A stretch of 32,000 bases of DNA. Origin: an uncultured Sporobacter sp. Lineage in GTDB: Bacteria > Bacillota > Clostridia > Oscillospirales > Oscillospiraceae. The stretch covers positions 2,063,003 to 2,095,002 of the forward strand of contig CAXXEF010000001.1 of assembly GCA_963677825.2 (NCBI GenBank), read 5' to 3'. Positions 9,269 through 18,659 of this stretch are shown piece after piece; position 1 is the first letter of the stretch, and each line of letters starts with the position of its first letter. The notes below the pieces were generated by a model that saw only the letters and a program-made list of their open reading frames with translations, was not told where the DNA came from and made no database searches. The position numbers were made by a program, and so were the translations under genes.

Positions 9269-9561
9269 AGGCCCTGCAGTATCTTTATACAGCGGCGGCT
9301 TGTCCGCATCGACTGCGAAAAAGTTCCCTCAGCCGACGGGATGTTCTGCTGATTTATAATAGCAGTGATTATTCGCTTGCAATTTCAAAAAGGTAAGCAC
9401 CCGGGGCGGTATAAAAACTCCCGCAATCTCTTATTATTAAAGCACCGACAAGGTGCGCGATGGCGAAAGGTCTGTTTGGATCTATCCGGGCAGAAACCTC
9501 GTCACGCGAACAGCTTGCGGCTAAGAGCCGCGTCGCTGTACTCTTACAAGGAGGAAAACAT

Positions 9562-9957
9562 ATGCAGATCACAGATCCCATTGCCGATATGCTCACACGT
9601 ATCCGCAATGCCGGCGCAGCCAAGCACGCCACCGTTGACATCCCGGCCTCCAACATGAAAAAGGCAATTGCCGAAATCCTGCTCGAGGAAGGGTATGTTA
9701 AGAACTTTCAGCTCGTGAGCGACGGTGTGCAGGGCGTTATTAAGATCACGCTTAAATATAACGGCAGCGAAAAGGCCATTACCGGCCTGCGCCGTGTTTC
9801 CAAACCCGGTCTTCGCATGTATGCCGGCGCCGACGAGCTGCCGCGCGTACTCAAAGGACTGGGCATCGCCATCATTTCAACCTCCAGGGGCGTCATGACC
9901 GACAAGAAAGCCAGAGCGGCACATGTCGGCGGCGAGGTCCTGGCGTTCGTATGGTAA
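9562..9957 (+). CDS. rpsH: 30S ribosomal protein S8
   Basis: [17 protein letters not shown]... is a canonical N-terminus. AAGGAGGA lies 6-7 nt upstream of ATG 9562. Confidence 0.96.
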   Translation: MQITDPIADMLTRIRNAGAAKHATVDIPASNMKKAIAEILLEEGYVKNFQLVSDGVQGVIKITLKYNGSEKAITGLRRVSKPGLRMYAGADELPRVLKGLGIAIISTSRGVMTDKKARAAHVGGEVLAFVW

Positions 9958-9969
9958 GGGGGAGAGAAT

Positions 9970-10515
9970 ATGTCACGAATCGGTAGAGCCCCAATCACCC
10001 TTCCGGCCGGCGTCGAGGTTAAGATTTCCAAAGAAAACGTCGTGTCCGTCAAGGGTCCGAAAGGTGCGCTTGAAGCAGCGATCAATCCCGACATCACAGT
10101 CAAGGTTGACGATGGCGCCATCACCTTTACGCGTCCGACCGAAGAGCCGCGCCACCGCGCGCTGCACGGTCTGTCGCGCTCGCTCGTTGCCAATATGGTT
10201 ACCGGCGTGACCGAGGGCTTTAAAAAAGAGCTCGAAGTCAGCGGTGTCGGCTACAGAGCAACGAAAGACGGCAACAAGCTCGTCATGAACCTGGGCTTCT
10301 CGCATCAGGTCATCGTCGAGGAAACAAAAGACGTCCAGATCGACGTGCCCGCACCGAACAAGATTACCATCAGCGGGATCAGCAAGCAGATCGTCGGCCA
10401 GTTTGCGGCCGATGTGCGCAATAAACGCCCGCCTGAGCCGTATAAAGGCAAGGGCATCCGATACGCCAACGAGGTCGTGCGCCGCAAAGAGGGCAAGACC
10501 GGCGTTAAAAAGTAA
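9970..10515 (+). CDS. rplF: 50S ribosomal protein L6
   Basis: MSRIGRAPITLPAGVEV... is canonical L6. Confidence 0.97.
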   Translation: MSRIGRAPITLPAGVEVKISKENVVSVKGPKGALEAAINPDITVKVDDGAITFTRPTEEPRHRALHGLSRSLVANMVTGVTEGFKKELEVSGVGYRATKDGNKLVMNLGFSHQVIVEETKDVQIDVPAPNKITISGISKQIVGQFAADVRNKRPPEPYKGKGIRYANEVVRRKEGKTGVKK

Positions 10516-10531
10516 AAGGAGGTGTGCCTAA

Positions 10532-10891
10532 ATGATTAAAAGACCCAATACAAACGCGCAGCGTCTCAAGCGCCATAAGAGAGTCAGAGGCAAGATATCG
10601 GGCACGCCCGATCGTCCGCGCCTGAATGTATTCCGCAGCGGCAGCAACATTTACGCGCAGATCATTGACGACGTGTCCATGACAACGATCGTCTCGGCCT
10701 CCTCCGTTGAAAAAGGCTTCGACGGCAGCGGCGGCAATAAAGAAGGCGCGAAGAAGGTCGGCAAGCTCGTTGCCGAGCGCGCCAAGGAAAAAGGCATCGA
10801 AACGGTCGTATTTGACCGTGGCGGCTATGTGTATCACGGCCGTATTAAAGAACTGGCAGACGGGGCTCGCGAAGCCGGCCTGACCTTTTAA
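10532..10891 (+). CDS. rplR: 50S ribosomal protein L18
   Basis: [20 protein letters not shown] motif. Confidence 0.97.
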   Translation: MIKRPNTNAQRLKRHKRVRGKISGTPDRPRLNVFRSGSNIYAQIIDDVSMTTIVSASSVEKGFDGSGGNKEGAKKVGKLVAERAKEKGIETVVFDRGGYVYHGRIKELADGAREAGLTF

Positions 10892-10909
10892 CGGGGGGAG
10901 GAAACACTC

Positions 10910-11440
10910 ATGGCTTATAACAACAACAGACGAGACAACAGACGAGACAACAGAAGAGAAGAGTCTGAGTTTACGGAAAAAGTCGTTTCCCTCAACCGCG
11001 TTGCTAAAACGGTTAAGGGCGGACGTATCTTCAAGTTCGCGGCGCTGTGCGTCGTCGGCGACGGCAAGGGCCGCGTCGGCTTTGGCCTTGGCAAAGCGGG
11101 CGAGGTGTCCGAAGCGATTCGCAAGGGCATTGAAGACGCCAAGAAAAACGTCGTGACGATCACAATGACCGGCACAACGATTCCGCACGAGGTCATCGGC
11201 GCTTTCGGCGCTGGCCGCGTGCTCTTGAAGCCGGCTCCGGCCGGTACCGGCGTTATCGCCGGCGGCGCTGTGCGCGCTGTCGTCGAGGCGGCCGGCATCC
11301 ACGATATCAGAACGAAATGCCTGCGCTCGAATAATCCCCAGAACGTCGTCGCGGCGACGATGCAGGGCTTACAGTCCCTGCGTGACGCAGCGGCTGTGGC
11401 CAAGGTCCGGGGCAAGAGCGTCGAAGAGATCCAGGGTTAG
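10910..11440 (+). CDS. rpsE: 30S ribosomal protein S5 with a short N/R/D-rich N-terminal extension
   Basis: [20 protein letters not shown] core motif. The N-terminus is [14 protein letters not shown]. Confidence 0.97.
   Translation: MAYNNNRRDNRRDNRREESEFTEKVVSLNRVAKTVKGGRIFKFAALCVVGDGKGRVGFGLGKAGEVSEAIRKGIEDAKKNVVTITMTGTTIPHEVIGAFGAGRVLLKPAPAGTGVIAGGAVRAVVEAAGIHDIRTKCLRSNNPQNVVAATMQGLQSLRDAAAVAKVRGKSVEEIQG
10925..10960 (+). repeat. 12-nt x3 in-frame tandem repeat (aacagacgagac) at the 5' end of rpsE
   Basis: Two perfect units and one degenerate unit, encoding [12 protein letters not shown]. Confidence 0.85.
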
Positions 11441-11449
11441 GGGGCAGTA

Positions 11450-11629
11450 ATGGCTAATATTAAAATTAAGCTCGTTAAGAGCCTCCATGGCAGAAACAAG
11501 AAACACATTGCAACGGCCGAGTCGCTCGGGCTGCGTAAAATCGGCAGCGAGACTGTCCAGCCGGATAACGAGCAGACCAAGGGCAAGATTGCAAAGATCA
11601 GTTATTTGATCGACGTAACACAAGAATAA
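11450..11629 (+). CDS. rpmD: 50S ribosomal protein L30 (59 aa, below the ORF-track cutoff)
   Basis: Manual translation gives [64 protein letters not shown] lies upstream. Sits at the expected position between rpsE and rplO. Confidence 0.93.
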   Translation: MANIKIKLVKSLHGRNKKHIATAESLGLRKIGSETVQPDNEQTKGKIAKISYLIDVTQE

Positions 11630-11642
11630 GGAGGCCCAGAGC

Positions 11643-12083
11643 ATGAAGTTACATGAACTATCACCGGCAGAGGGCTCCGTTCATCCCGCCAAGCGCAAGG
11701 GCAGAGGCCCCGGTACCGGTAACGGCAAGACGGCCGGCCGCGGGCATAAGGGTCAAAAAGCGCGCTCGGGCGGCGGCGTCCGCGTCGGTTTTGAAGGCGG
11801 CCAGATGCCGCTTGCCCGCCGGGTTCCGAAGCGGGGATTCAACAATATCTTCGCTAAGCCGCTTGAGGCGGTCAACGTCGCGTCGCTTAACGTGTTTGAC
11901 GACGGTGCGGAGATCGGCGCAGCCGAGCTGCTCGAAAAGGGCGTGCTGTCCAAGTGCCGCTATGGCGTCAAGATTCTTGGCAACGGCAGCCTGACAAAAA
12001 AATTGACTATCAAGGCCTCCGCTTTCTCCGAGTCGGCCAAACAGAAAATCGAAGCGGCCGGCGGAAAGGCCGAGGTGGTCTAG
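11643..12083 (+). CDS. rplO: 50S ribosomal protein L15
   Basis: [12 protein letters not shown]...[14 protein letters not shown] motif. Confidence 0.97.
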   Translation: MKLHELSPAEGSVHPAKRKGRGPGTGNGKTAGRGHKGQKARSGGGVRVGFEGGQMPLARRVPKRGFNNIFAKPLEAVNVASLNVFDDGAEIGAAELLEKGVLSKCRYGVKILGNGSLTKKLTIKASAFSESAKQKIEAAGGKAEVV

Positions 12084-13370
12084 GTGCTTGAGACGATTCG
12101 CAACGCCTGGAAAGTCGACGATATCAGGAAGAAGCTCATTTTTATGGGCTTTATCCTGCTTCTGTATCGTATCGGTAACGCTGTTCCTGTTCCCGGCGTC
12201 GACGTCGCGCTGCTCGGTCAGTATTTTGATACTAATCAGAACTCGATACTGGGCTTGTACAACGTCATGTCGGGTAGTGCGTTCTCCAAAGCGACGATAT
12301 TCGCGCTGAGTATTCAGCCGTATATCAACGCATCGATCATTATCCAGCTGCTGACGATGGCCATTCCGGCGCTTGAACGCTTGCAGAAGGAAGGCGGCGA
12401 GGATGGCAAGAAGAAGCTCGACCGCATCACGCGTTACACAACGCTTGGCATCGCGCTGATTCAGGGCTTCGGCTTTTACATTCTGCTTCGAAACAACGGC
12501 ATACTCGCCGCCGACGTGACCGGCGTATGGTCTGCGCTCGTCATCATCGCCTCGTTCACGGCAGGCAGCTGCCTGCTTATGTGGATGGGCGAGCAGATCA
12601 CCGAATTCGGTATCGGCAACGGTATCTCGATCATCCTGTTCGTGAGCATCGTTTCGCGCTTCCCCGCCAACCTTATTCAAAAGATCACGAACGTGCAGGC
12701 TGATCCGTCGTCGCTGCTGCTGAACATCCTGCTGCTGCTCGGCGCGGTCGCGATCATTGTACTGATCGTTATCGTCACACAGTCTGAGCGGCGGATACCC
12801 GTCCAATACGCCAAGCGCGTTGTCGGGCGGAAGATGTACGGCGGACAGTCGACACATCTGCCGATGAAGGTCAATATGTCCGGCGTTCTGCCGATCATCT
12901 TCGCGCAGTCGATTGCATCGATGCCGGCGACGGTCGCGACATTCGTGCCGGCATGGAAGGACAGCTGGTTTGTCAACGCGTTTGACTACAGCAGCCCGAC
13001 GTACGCGGTGGTGTACTTCTTGTTGATCATCTTCTTTGCGTACTTCTACTCGACAGTACAGTTTAATCCTGTTGAGGTGGCCAACAACCTCAAGAAAAAC
13101 GGCGGGTTTATCCCCGGCTTCCGAGCCGGCAAGCCAACGTCCGAGTTCATACAGAGGGTGCTGACGAAGATCACGCTGTTTGGTGCGTTGTACCTGTCGG
13201 TCATCGCCATCTCACCGATCATCATCAGCCTGTTCTCAGAAACAGCAGCAAATCAGGGACTTTCACTTGGCGGTACGTCCGTCATCATCGTTGTCGGTGT
13301 CGCGCTTGATACGCTTAAGCAAATCGAAGCGCAGATGCTCATGCGCCACTATAAAGGGTTCCTCGAATAA
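12084..13370 (+). CDS. secY: Preprotein translocase subunit SecY
   Basis: 428-aa polytopic membrane protein with a SecY-type N-terminal region (IFMGFILLLYRIGNAVPVPGV). GTG start with a GAGGTGG RBS. Canonical position. Confidence 0.97.
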   Translation: MLETIRNAWKVDDIRKKLIFMGFILLLYRIGNAVPVPGVDVALLGQYFDTNQNSILGLYNVMSGSAFSKATIFALSIQPYINASIIIQLLTMAIPALERLQKEGGEDGKKKLDRITRYTTLGIALIQGFGFYILLRNNGILAADVTGVWSALVIIASFTAGSCLLMWMGEQITEFGIGNGISIILFVSIVSRFPANLIQKITNVQADPSSLLLNILLLLGAVAIIVLIVIVTQSERRIPVQYAKRVVGRKMYGGQSTHLPMKVNMSGVLPIIFAQSIASMPATVATFVPAWKDSWFVNAFDYSSPTYAVVYFLLIIFFAYFYSTVQFNPVEVANNLKKNGGFIPGFRAGKPTSEFIQRVLTKITLFGALYLSVIAISPIIISLFSETAANQGLSLGGTSVIIVVGVALDTLKQIEAQMLMRHYKGFLE

Positions 13371-13381
13371 CGGAGGTTTTC

Positions 13382-14014
13382 ATGATACTGATACTGCTCG
13401 GTCCGCCGGGTGCCGGAAAAGGCACCCAGGCCGACATCATCAGTCGGAAACTCTCCATACCGACGATCTCTACCGGCAATATACTCCGAAGGGCTATTGA
13501 AAACAGAACCCCGGTCGGGTGTATTGCGCAGGAGTATATGTCGTCGGGGGAACTCGTACCCGACGAAGTCGTCATCGACATCGTCAAAGAGCGTCTAAAT
13601 GAGCCGGACTGCCGGAACGGATGCATTCTGGACGGTATGCCCAGAACCATCGCGCAGGCTGAAGCGCTTGAGCACGTCGGCGTTGATATCGACACGGCGC
13701 TGCTCATAGAGATTTCCGACGAAGAAATAAAAACACGTATGACGGGACGACGCGTCTGCTCAGAATGCGGCACGACGTTCCATATCCTAACCAATCCGCC
13801 GGCCAATGAAAACGTCTGCGACGTTTGCGGCGGCAAACTCATCATCAGGGAAGACGACGAGCCGGAAACGGTCGCCAAGCGCCTGAAGGTGTACCACGAA
13901 GAGACCGAGCCGCTGATTGACTTTTTCAAGTCAAGAGGCAAGCTGAAATCGGTGAAAAATCAATCGACGATTAAAGCGACGACAGAGGTTATTTTCGACG
14001 CTTTGGGGATTTAG
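13382..14014 (+). CDS. adk: Adenylate kinase (zinc-lid type)
   Basis: P-loop GPPGAGKGTQ. Lid carries CSEC...CDVC. Confidence 0.97.
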   Translation: MILILLGPPGAGKGTQADIISRKLSIPTISTGNILRRAIENRTPVGCIAQEYMSSGELVPDEVVIDIVKERLNEPDCRNGCILDGMPRTIAQAEALEHVGVDIDTALLIEISDEEIKTRMTGRRVCSECGTTFHILTNPPANENVCDVCGGKLIIREDDEPETVAKRLKVYHEETEPLIDFFKSRGKLKSVKNQSTIKATTEVIFDALGI

Positions 14015-14015
14015 C

Positions 14016-14771
14016 ATGATTAGACTTAAGTCACCCAGAGAAGCTCAGCTCATGCGCCGTGCCGGAAAAATTGCCGCGGCTGCCCGTGCTTTGGCAGGGG
14101 AAATGGCAAAGGTCGGCGTCACAACACGTGAAATAGATGAAGAAGTCTGCAAGTATATCGAGGCGGCGGGCGCTACGCCCACGTTTCGGGGATACAGCGG
14201 ATACCCGGCGGGCGTCTGCGCGTCGGTCAACGAGCAGGTGATCCACGGGATCCCCAACGACAAGCCGCTTCAGGACGGTGACATCCTCAGTATTGATGTC
14301 GGCGCGACGAAGGACGGCTACATCGGCGACTGCGCGGCCACATTCGCGATCGGTACGATCAGCGCAGCGGCCCAGCGGCTGATCGCCGTTACCAAGCAAA
14401 GCTTTTTCGAAGGCATCAAATTTGCGCGCGAAGGATATCGCATCTCCGATATCTCAAACGCCGTGCAGCGTTATGTCGAGGAAAACGGCTACACCGTTGT
14501 TCGAGAGTTCGTCGGCCACGGCATCGGAACGATGCTGCATGAGCCGCCGGAGGTGCCGAACTTTGGCCCGCCCGGGCGCGGTCCGCGCATTACGCGCGGC
14601 ATGACGATCGCGGTTGAGCCGATGGTTAACGCGGGCGCCGCAGAGACCATCATCCTCCCAGATAAATGGACCGTCGTTACGCGTGACGGCTCCCTGTCGG
14701 CCCACTACGAGAATACGATTCTCGTCACCGACGGCGACGCCGAGATCCTGACGATTACGGAGGATGCCTGA
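14016..14771 (+). CDS. map: Type I methionine aminopeptidase
   Basis: Type I MetAP-like sequence (FVGHGIG, HYENTILVT segments) at the canonical position after adk. Confidence 0.96.
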   Translation: MIRLKSPREAQLMRRAGKIAAAARALAGEMAKVGVTTREIDEEVCKYIEAAGATPTFRGYSGYPAGVCASVNEQVIHGIPNDKPLQDGDILSIDVGATKDGYIGDCAATFAIGTISAAAQRLIAVTKQSFFEGIKFAREGYRISDISNAVQRYVEENGYTVVREFVGHGIGTMLHEPPEVPNFGPPGRGPRITRGMTIAVEPMVNAGAAETIILPDKWTVVTRDGSLSAHYENTILVTDGDAEILTITEDA

Positions 14772-14772
14772 T

Positions 14773-15060
14773 ATGGATATCGCTCATGGCGATATCGTCA
14801 TCTCGCTCAACGGGCGAGACGGCGGCAAGTTCTTTTATGTGCTTGCCCGCGAAGACGATTACGCGCATTTAAGCGACGGAAAAATTAGACGGCTGGAAAA
14901 GCCAAAACGTAAGAAGCTCAAGCATTTGCGTCTGGAGCACCGGGGCAACAGCCGTACAGCTGATAAAATCAGAAGCGGCATGAAAGTCACCAACAGCGAA
15001 ATCAGACGCGCGCTTGCAGAATACGCAGCAAATGGTTCCGGGGAAAAGGGAGGTATGTAA
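14773..15060 (+). CDS. Small KOW-like RNA-binding protein, uncharacterised
   Basis: GDIVISLNGRDGGKFFYVL resembles a KOW motif, and the C-terminus is basic. GGAGGA lies 8 nt upstream of ATG 14773. The track start at 14764 sits inside the SD. Confidence 0.8.
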   Translation: MDIAHGDIVISLNGRDGGKFFYVLAREDDYAHLSDGKIRRLEKPKRKKLKHLRLEHRGNSRTADKIRSGMKVTNSEIRRALAEYAANGSGEKGGM

Positions 15061-15063
15061 TAA

Positions 15064-15282
15064 ATGGCAAAAGACGATATGATCGAGCTTGAGGGTGTCG
15101 TAACAGAAGCGCTGCCCAACACCATGTTTCATGTAGATATCGGTAACGGACATACAATTTTAGCGCATATCTCCGGCAAACTCCGTATGCATTTTATTCG
15201 TATTCTGCCGGGCGATAAGGTCACAGTGCAAATGTCGCCGTACGATCTGACCCGTGGGCGCATTACCTGGCGCACAAAATAG
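15064..15282 (+). CDS. infA: Translation initiation factor IF-1
   Basis: [22 protein letters not shown]...GRITWR is canonical IF-1. Confidence 0.98.
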   Translation: MAKDDMIELEGVVTEALPNTMFHVDIGNGHTILAHISGKLRMHFIRILPGDKVTVQMSPYDLTRGRITWRTK

Positions 15283-15353
15283 CGCAGACCAGCCGCATCA
15301 ATAACATCAGCCGCAGGGCCTTTGGCACAGCGGCAGGCATTAAAATTACACCA

Positions 15354-15430
15354 AGTATCTTATCATTTCGCCGGCGAGAGATGATAGGTAAACAACAGCC
15401 AGATTCTCACATCGCCGGAAAAATGGATGC
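15354..15430 (+). repeat. Copy A of a ~77-nt structured tandem element (infA-rpmJ spacer)
   Basis: cttatcat / atgatagg stem with loop tcgccggcga. Downstream tcgccgg is complementary to the loop. Ends in aaATGGATGC. Confidence 0.8.
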
Positions 15431-15480
15431 ACAGCTGAATTCATTCAGTCGTGCCGCCGTGGCGGATGATTTAATCCATA

Positions 15481-15556
15481 AGCATCTTATCATTTCACCG
15501 GCGAATGATGATAAGAAAAGCCGCCAGATACTCACTGTCGCCGGAGAAATGGATGC
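15481..15556 (+). repeat. Copy B of the same element, ending 5 nt before the rpmJ ATG
   Basis: Roughly 80% identical to copy A by eye. cttatcat / atgataag stem, loop caccggcga, downstream gtcgccggag, ends in aaATGGATGC. Confidence 0.8.
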
Positions 15557-15561
15557 TTAAT

Positions 15562-15675
15562 ATGAAAGTAAGACCGTCCGTTAAGCCCATGTGTGAAAAA
15601 TGCAAAATCATCAAACGCAAGGGCAGAGTCATGGTAATCTGCGAAAATCCCAAGCATAAGCAGCGTCAGGGTTGA
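15562..15675 (+). CDS. rpmJ: 50S ribosomal protein L36 (37 aa, zinc-binding form; below the ORF-track cutoff)
   Basis: Manual translation gives [38 protein letters not shown]-x2-C-x12-C-x4-H pattern. Confidence 0.95.
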   Translation: MKVRPSVKPMCEKCKIIKRKGRVMVICENPKHKQRQG

Positions 15676-15715
15676 CGGCTGACGAGTACTATTACGAAAG
15701 GAATGATTGATAAGT

Positions 15716-16084
15716 ATGGCACGTATTTCAGGCGTTGACCTGCCTAAAGACAAGCGAATTGAAATCGCATTGACGTATGTCTTCGGTATTGGCAGAACAA
15801 GTGCAAAAAAGATTCTTGAAGCAACCGGTATCAATCCCGACACACGCGTCAAAGATCTCACAGAGGCGGATGAAGCCGCGCTGCGCGAGACCATCGACAA
15901 GAACTACGTTGTGGAGGGCGACCTTCGGCGTACCGTTGCTCTGGATATAAAGAGACTGACCGAAATCGGCTGCTACCGTGGTCTGCGTCACAGACGCGGC
16001 CTGCCCGTGCGCGGTCAGCGCAGCAAGACGAATGCGCGTACCCGTAAAGGGCCTAAGCGCACAATGGCTAATAAAAAGAAGTAA
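15716..16084 (+). CDS. rpsM: 30S ribosomal protein S13
   Basis: [26 protein letters not shown] is a canonical N-terminus at ATG 15716. The track start is a TTG three codons upstream. Confidence 0.96.
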   Translation: MARISGVDLPKDKRIEIALTYVFGIGRTSAKKILEATGINPDTRVKDLTEADEAALRETIDKNYVVEGDLRRTVALDIKRLTEIGCYRGLRHRRGLPVRGQRSKTNARTRKGPKRTMANKKK

Positions 16085-16099
16085 AGGAGGGACAGCAAT

Positions 16100-16501
16100 A
16101 TGGCAGGACCCACAAAGGGTAAACGCGTCGTCAAACGCCGGCGCGAGCGCAAGAACATTGAAAAGGGCGCGGTGCATATCCGCTCGTCCTTCAATAATAC
16201 GATGGTAACCATCACCGATACGGCCGGTAACGCTCTGTCTTGGGCATCGTCCGGTGGTATGGGCTTTAGAGGCAGCAGAAAGTCTACGCCTTTTGCCGCG
16301 CAGACGGCTGCCGAAACGGCGGCCAAAGCTGCGATGGAGCATGGGCTCAAGACCGTTGAGGTCTTCGTTAAAGGCCCCGGTTCCGGTCGTGAAGCGGCAA
16401 TCCGCGCGCTTCAGTCCGCCGGTCTGGAAGTCACGATGATCAAAGACGTGACACCCATCCCGCACAACGGCTGCCGTCCGCCAAAGCGGCGCAGAGTATA
16501 A
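16100..16501 (+). CDS. rpsK: 30S ribosomal protein S11
   Basis: [18 protein letters not shown] motif. Confidence 0.98.
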   Translation: MAGPTKGKRVVKRRRERKNIEKGAVHIRSSFNNTMVTITDTAGNALSWASSGGMGFRGSRKSTPFAAQTAAETAAKAAMEHGLKTVEVFVKGPGSGREAAIRALQSAGLEVTMIKDVTPIPHNGCRPPKRRRV

Positions 16502-16516
16502 AGGAGGACGTACGTT

Positions 16517-17143
16517 ATGGCAAGATATACCGACGCCGTCTGCCGCTTGTGCCGCAGGGAGAACCAGAAGCTCTTCCTCAAGGGCGACAGATGCTATACA
16601 GATAAATGCGCTATTGTTCGCAGAGCGTATCCGCCCGGACAGCACGGCCAAGGCCGGAAGAAGGCGTCCGAATACGGCACGCAGCTGCGTGAAAAGCAAA
16701 AGGCCAAGAGATATTACGGTGTGCTTGAGAGCCAGTTCAGAGGCTATTTTGACAAAGCGATCAAAATGAAGGGCAAGACGGGCGAAAACCTGCTGAGCCT
16801 GCTTGAGCGCCGTTTGGACAACACAGTCTATCGTCTCGGTTTCGCCATGAGCCGCGCTGAAGCGCGTCAGCTCGTTTTGCACGGCCACTTCACAGTCGAC
16901 GGACATAAGGTCAACATCCCGTCGTTCCTCGTGAAGCCCGGCATGACGCTTACGCTGAAAGACTCCAGCCGAAGCCTTGACAAGTTCAAATCTGTCATCG
17001 AAGCCAACTCCTTCAGACAGCCGCCGAAGTGGCTTGAGTACAATGCTGAGTCGTTCACGGCCAAGGTCGTCGACGTACCAATGAGAGACGATATTGATCT
17101 GCCGGTTACCGAGCAGCTGATCGTCGAGCTCTACTCAAAATAA
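16517..17143 (+). CDS. rpsD: 30S ribosomal protein S4 (Cys4 N-terminal form)
   Basis: [32 protein letters not shown]... followed by an S4 RNA-binding domain. Confidence 0.98.
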   Translation: MARYTDAVCRLCRRENQKLFLKGDRCYTDKCAIVRRAYPPGQHGQGRKKASEYGTQLREKQKAKRYYGVLESQFRGYFDKAIKMKGKTGENLLSLLERRLDNTVYRLGFAMSRAEARQLVLHGHFTVDGHKVNIPSFLVKPGMTLTLKDSSRSLDKFKSVIEANSFRQPPKWLEYNAESFTAKVVDVPMRDDIDLPVTEQLIVELYSK

Positions 17144-17213
17144 AATCAAGCCCTCATATTGGATAGCTGAAACACTGCGGCGTATAGACGCCGATCATTG
17201 AAGGAGGGTATAT

Positions 17214-18164
17214 ATGGTAGAAATTGAGAGACCGCGCATTGAATGCATTGAAACACCCGGTGATGAATCTTACGGCAAGTACATTGTCGAGCCACTGGAA
17301 CGCGGCTACGGAACAACCTTAGGCAACTCTCTTCGAAGGATCCTTTTATCCTCGCTGCCCGGTACGGCCATCACCACGGTGAAGATCGCCGGCATACAGC
17401 ATGAGTTTTCAACGATTCCTGGGGTTAAAGAAGATGTCACTGAGATCATCCTGAATATAAAAGGCATCATCGCGCGGCTGCATAGCCAGCGCACGAAAAC
17501 AATCTATATCGAAGCGTCCGGCGAGGGCGAGGTCACAGCCGGGCATGTCAAGCCTGACGGTGAGGTTGAGATTCTCAACCCGGACCTGCACATCGCAACA
17601 CTCAGCGCCGACGCGTCCCTGAGCATCGAAATGACGCTCGGGCACGGCCGCGGTTATGTTCCGGCCGAGCGCAACAAGCTCCAGCAGCCGATTATCGGCG
17701 TGATCCCGATCGACTCGATCTACACGCCGGTGCAGAAGGTCAACTACGCTGTTGAGAATACGCGTGTGGGTAACATGACCGACTTTGACAAGCTTACGCT
17801 GGAAGTCTGGACGGACAAAACGATCACCGCGCGCGACGCCGTATCGCTCGGCGCGAAGATCCTGTGCGACCATTTCGCCCTGTTTACCGACCTGTCCGAG
17901 ACGATCAGCAGCACGTCTACTGTCGTCGAGAAGGCTGAAACACAGCGCGACAAGGTGCTTGAAATGACAATCGAGGAGCTCGATCTGTCTGTTCGCAGCT
18001 TTAACTGCCTCAAGCGCGCCAATATCAACACGGTCGAAGACCTTATCTCCAAAACCGAGGAAGAGATGATCAAAGTTCGTAACCTCGGACGCAAGTCGCT
18101 TGAAGAAGTCGTCCATAAGCTGGCGATGATGGGCCTGAGCCTGCAAAGCGACGAAAACACCTGA
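17214..18164 (+). CDS. rpoA: DNA-directed RNA polymerase subunit alpha
   Basis: N-terminal assembly domain and C-terminal domain ([17 protein letters not shown]). Confidence 0.98.
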   Translation: MVEIERPRIECIETPGDESYGKYIVEPLERGYGTTLGNSLRRILLSSLPGTAITTVKIAGIQHEFSTIPGVKEDVTEIILNIKGIIARLHSQRTKTIYIEASGEGEVTAGHVKPDGEVEILNPDLHIATLSADASLSIEMTLGHGRGYVPAERNKLQQPIIGVIPIDSIYTPVQKVNYAVENTRVGNMTDFDKLTLEVWTDKTITARDAVSLGAKILCDHFALFTDLSETISSTSTVVEKAETQRDKVLEMTIEELDLSVRSFNCLKRANINTVEDLISKTEEEMIKVRNLGRKSLEEVVHKLAMMGLSLQSDENT

Positions 18165-18194
18165 TTATTATCACCCTAAAAAGGAGGCAACGAC

Positions 18195-18536
18195 ATGCCT
18201 GGAGTTCGTAAGCTCGGCAAGCCGACCGATCAGCGTCTGGCAATGCTGCGCCAGCAGGTCACCGATTTTCTCGACAAGGGGAGAATGGAAACGACCATCA
18301 CGCGCGCCAAGGAAATCAGACCGCTGGCTGAAAAAATGATCACGCTCGGCAAAAAGGATACTCTGGCTGCCAAGCGTCAGGCGATGAGCTTCATCACCCG
18401 CGAAGACGTCGCAACAAAAATATTTAAAGAACTTGCGCCGCGCTTTTCGGAGCGCAACGGTGGCTATACGCGCATCACGCGTCTAGGTCCGCGCCGCGGT
18501 GACGCCGCCGAAATGGCCGTCATCGAGCTGGTGTAA
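18195..18536 (+). CDS. rplQ: 50S ribosomal protein L17
   Basis: [15 protein letters not shown]...GGYTRI motifs. Confidence 0.97.
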   Translation: MPGVRKLGKPTDQRLAMLRQQVTDFLDKGRMETTITRAKEIRPLAEKMITLGKKDTLAAKRQAMSFITREDVATKIFKELAPRFSERNGGYTRITRLGPRRGDAAEMAVIELV

Positions 18537-18560
18537 GCAAGAAACGCACAAAACAGAAAA

Positions 18561-18590
18561 AAACGCACGGCTTTTGCCGTGCGTTTTTTA
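18561..18590 (+). terminator. Intrinsic terminator at the end of the alpha operon
   Basis: acgcacggc tttt gccgtgcgt followed by TTTTT. Confidence 0.9.
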
Positions 18591-18659
18591 CGTCCCGATT
18601 GTTTTACTGAATATGCAGCTGCCGTATATTCAGCCGATGAAAGGAAATGATACGATCGG

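Noticed and set aside
9365-9658. 97-aa (+) and 95-aa (-) ORFs in the rpsN-rpsH spacer.
   Set aside because: They have no SD and odd composition, they run into rpsH out of frame, and they are mutually overlapping on opposite strands.
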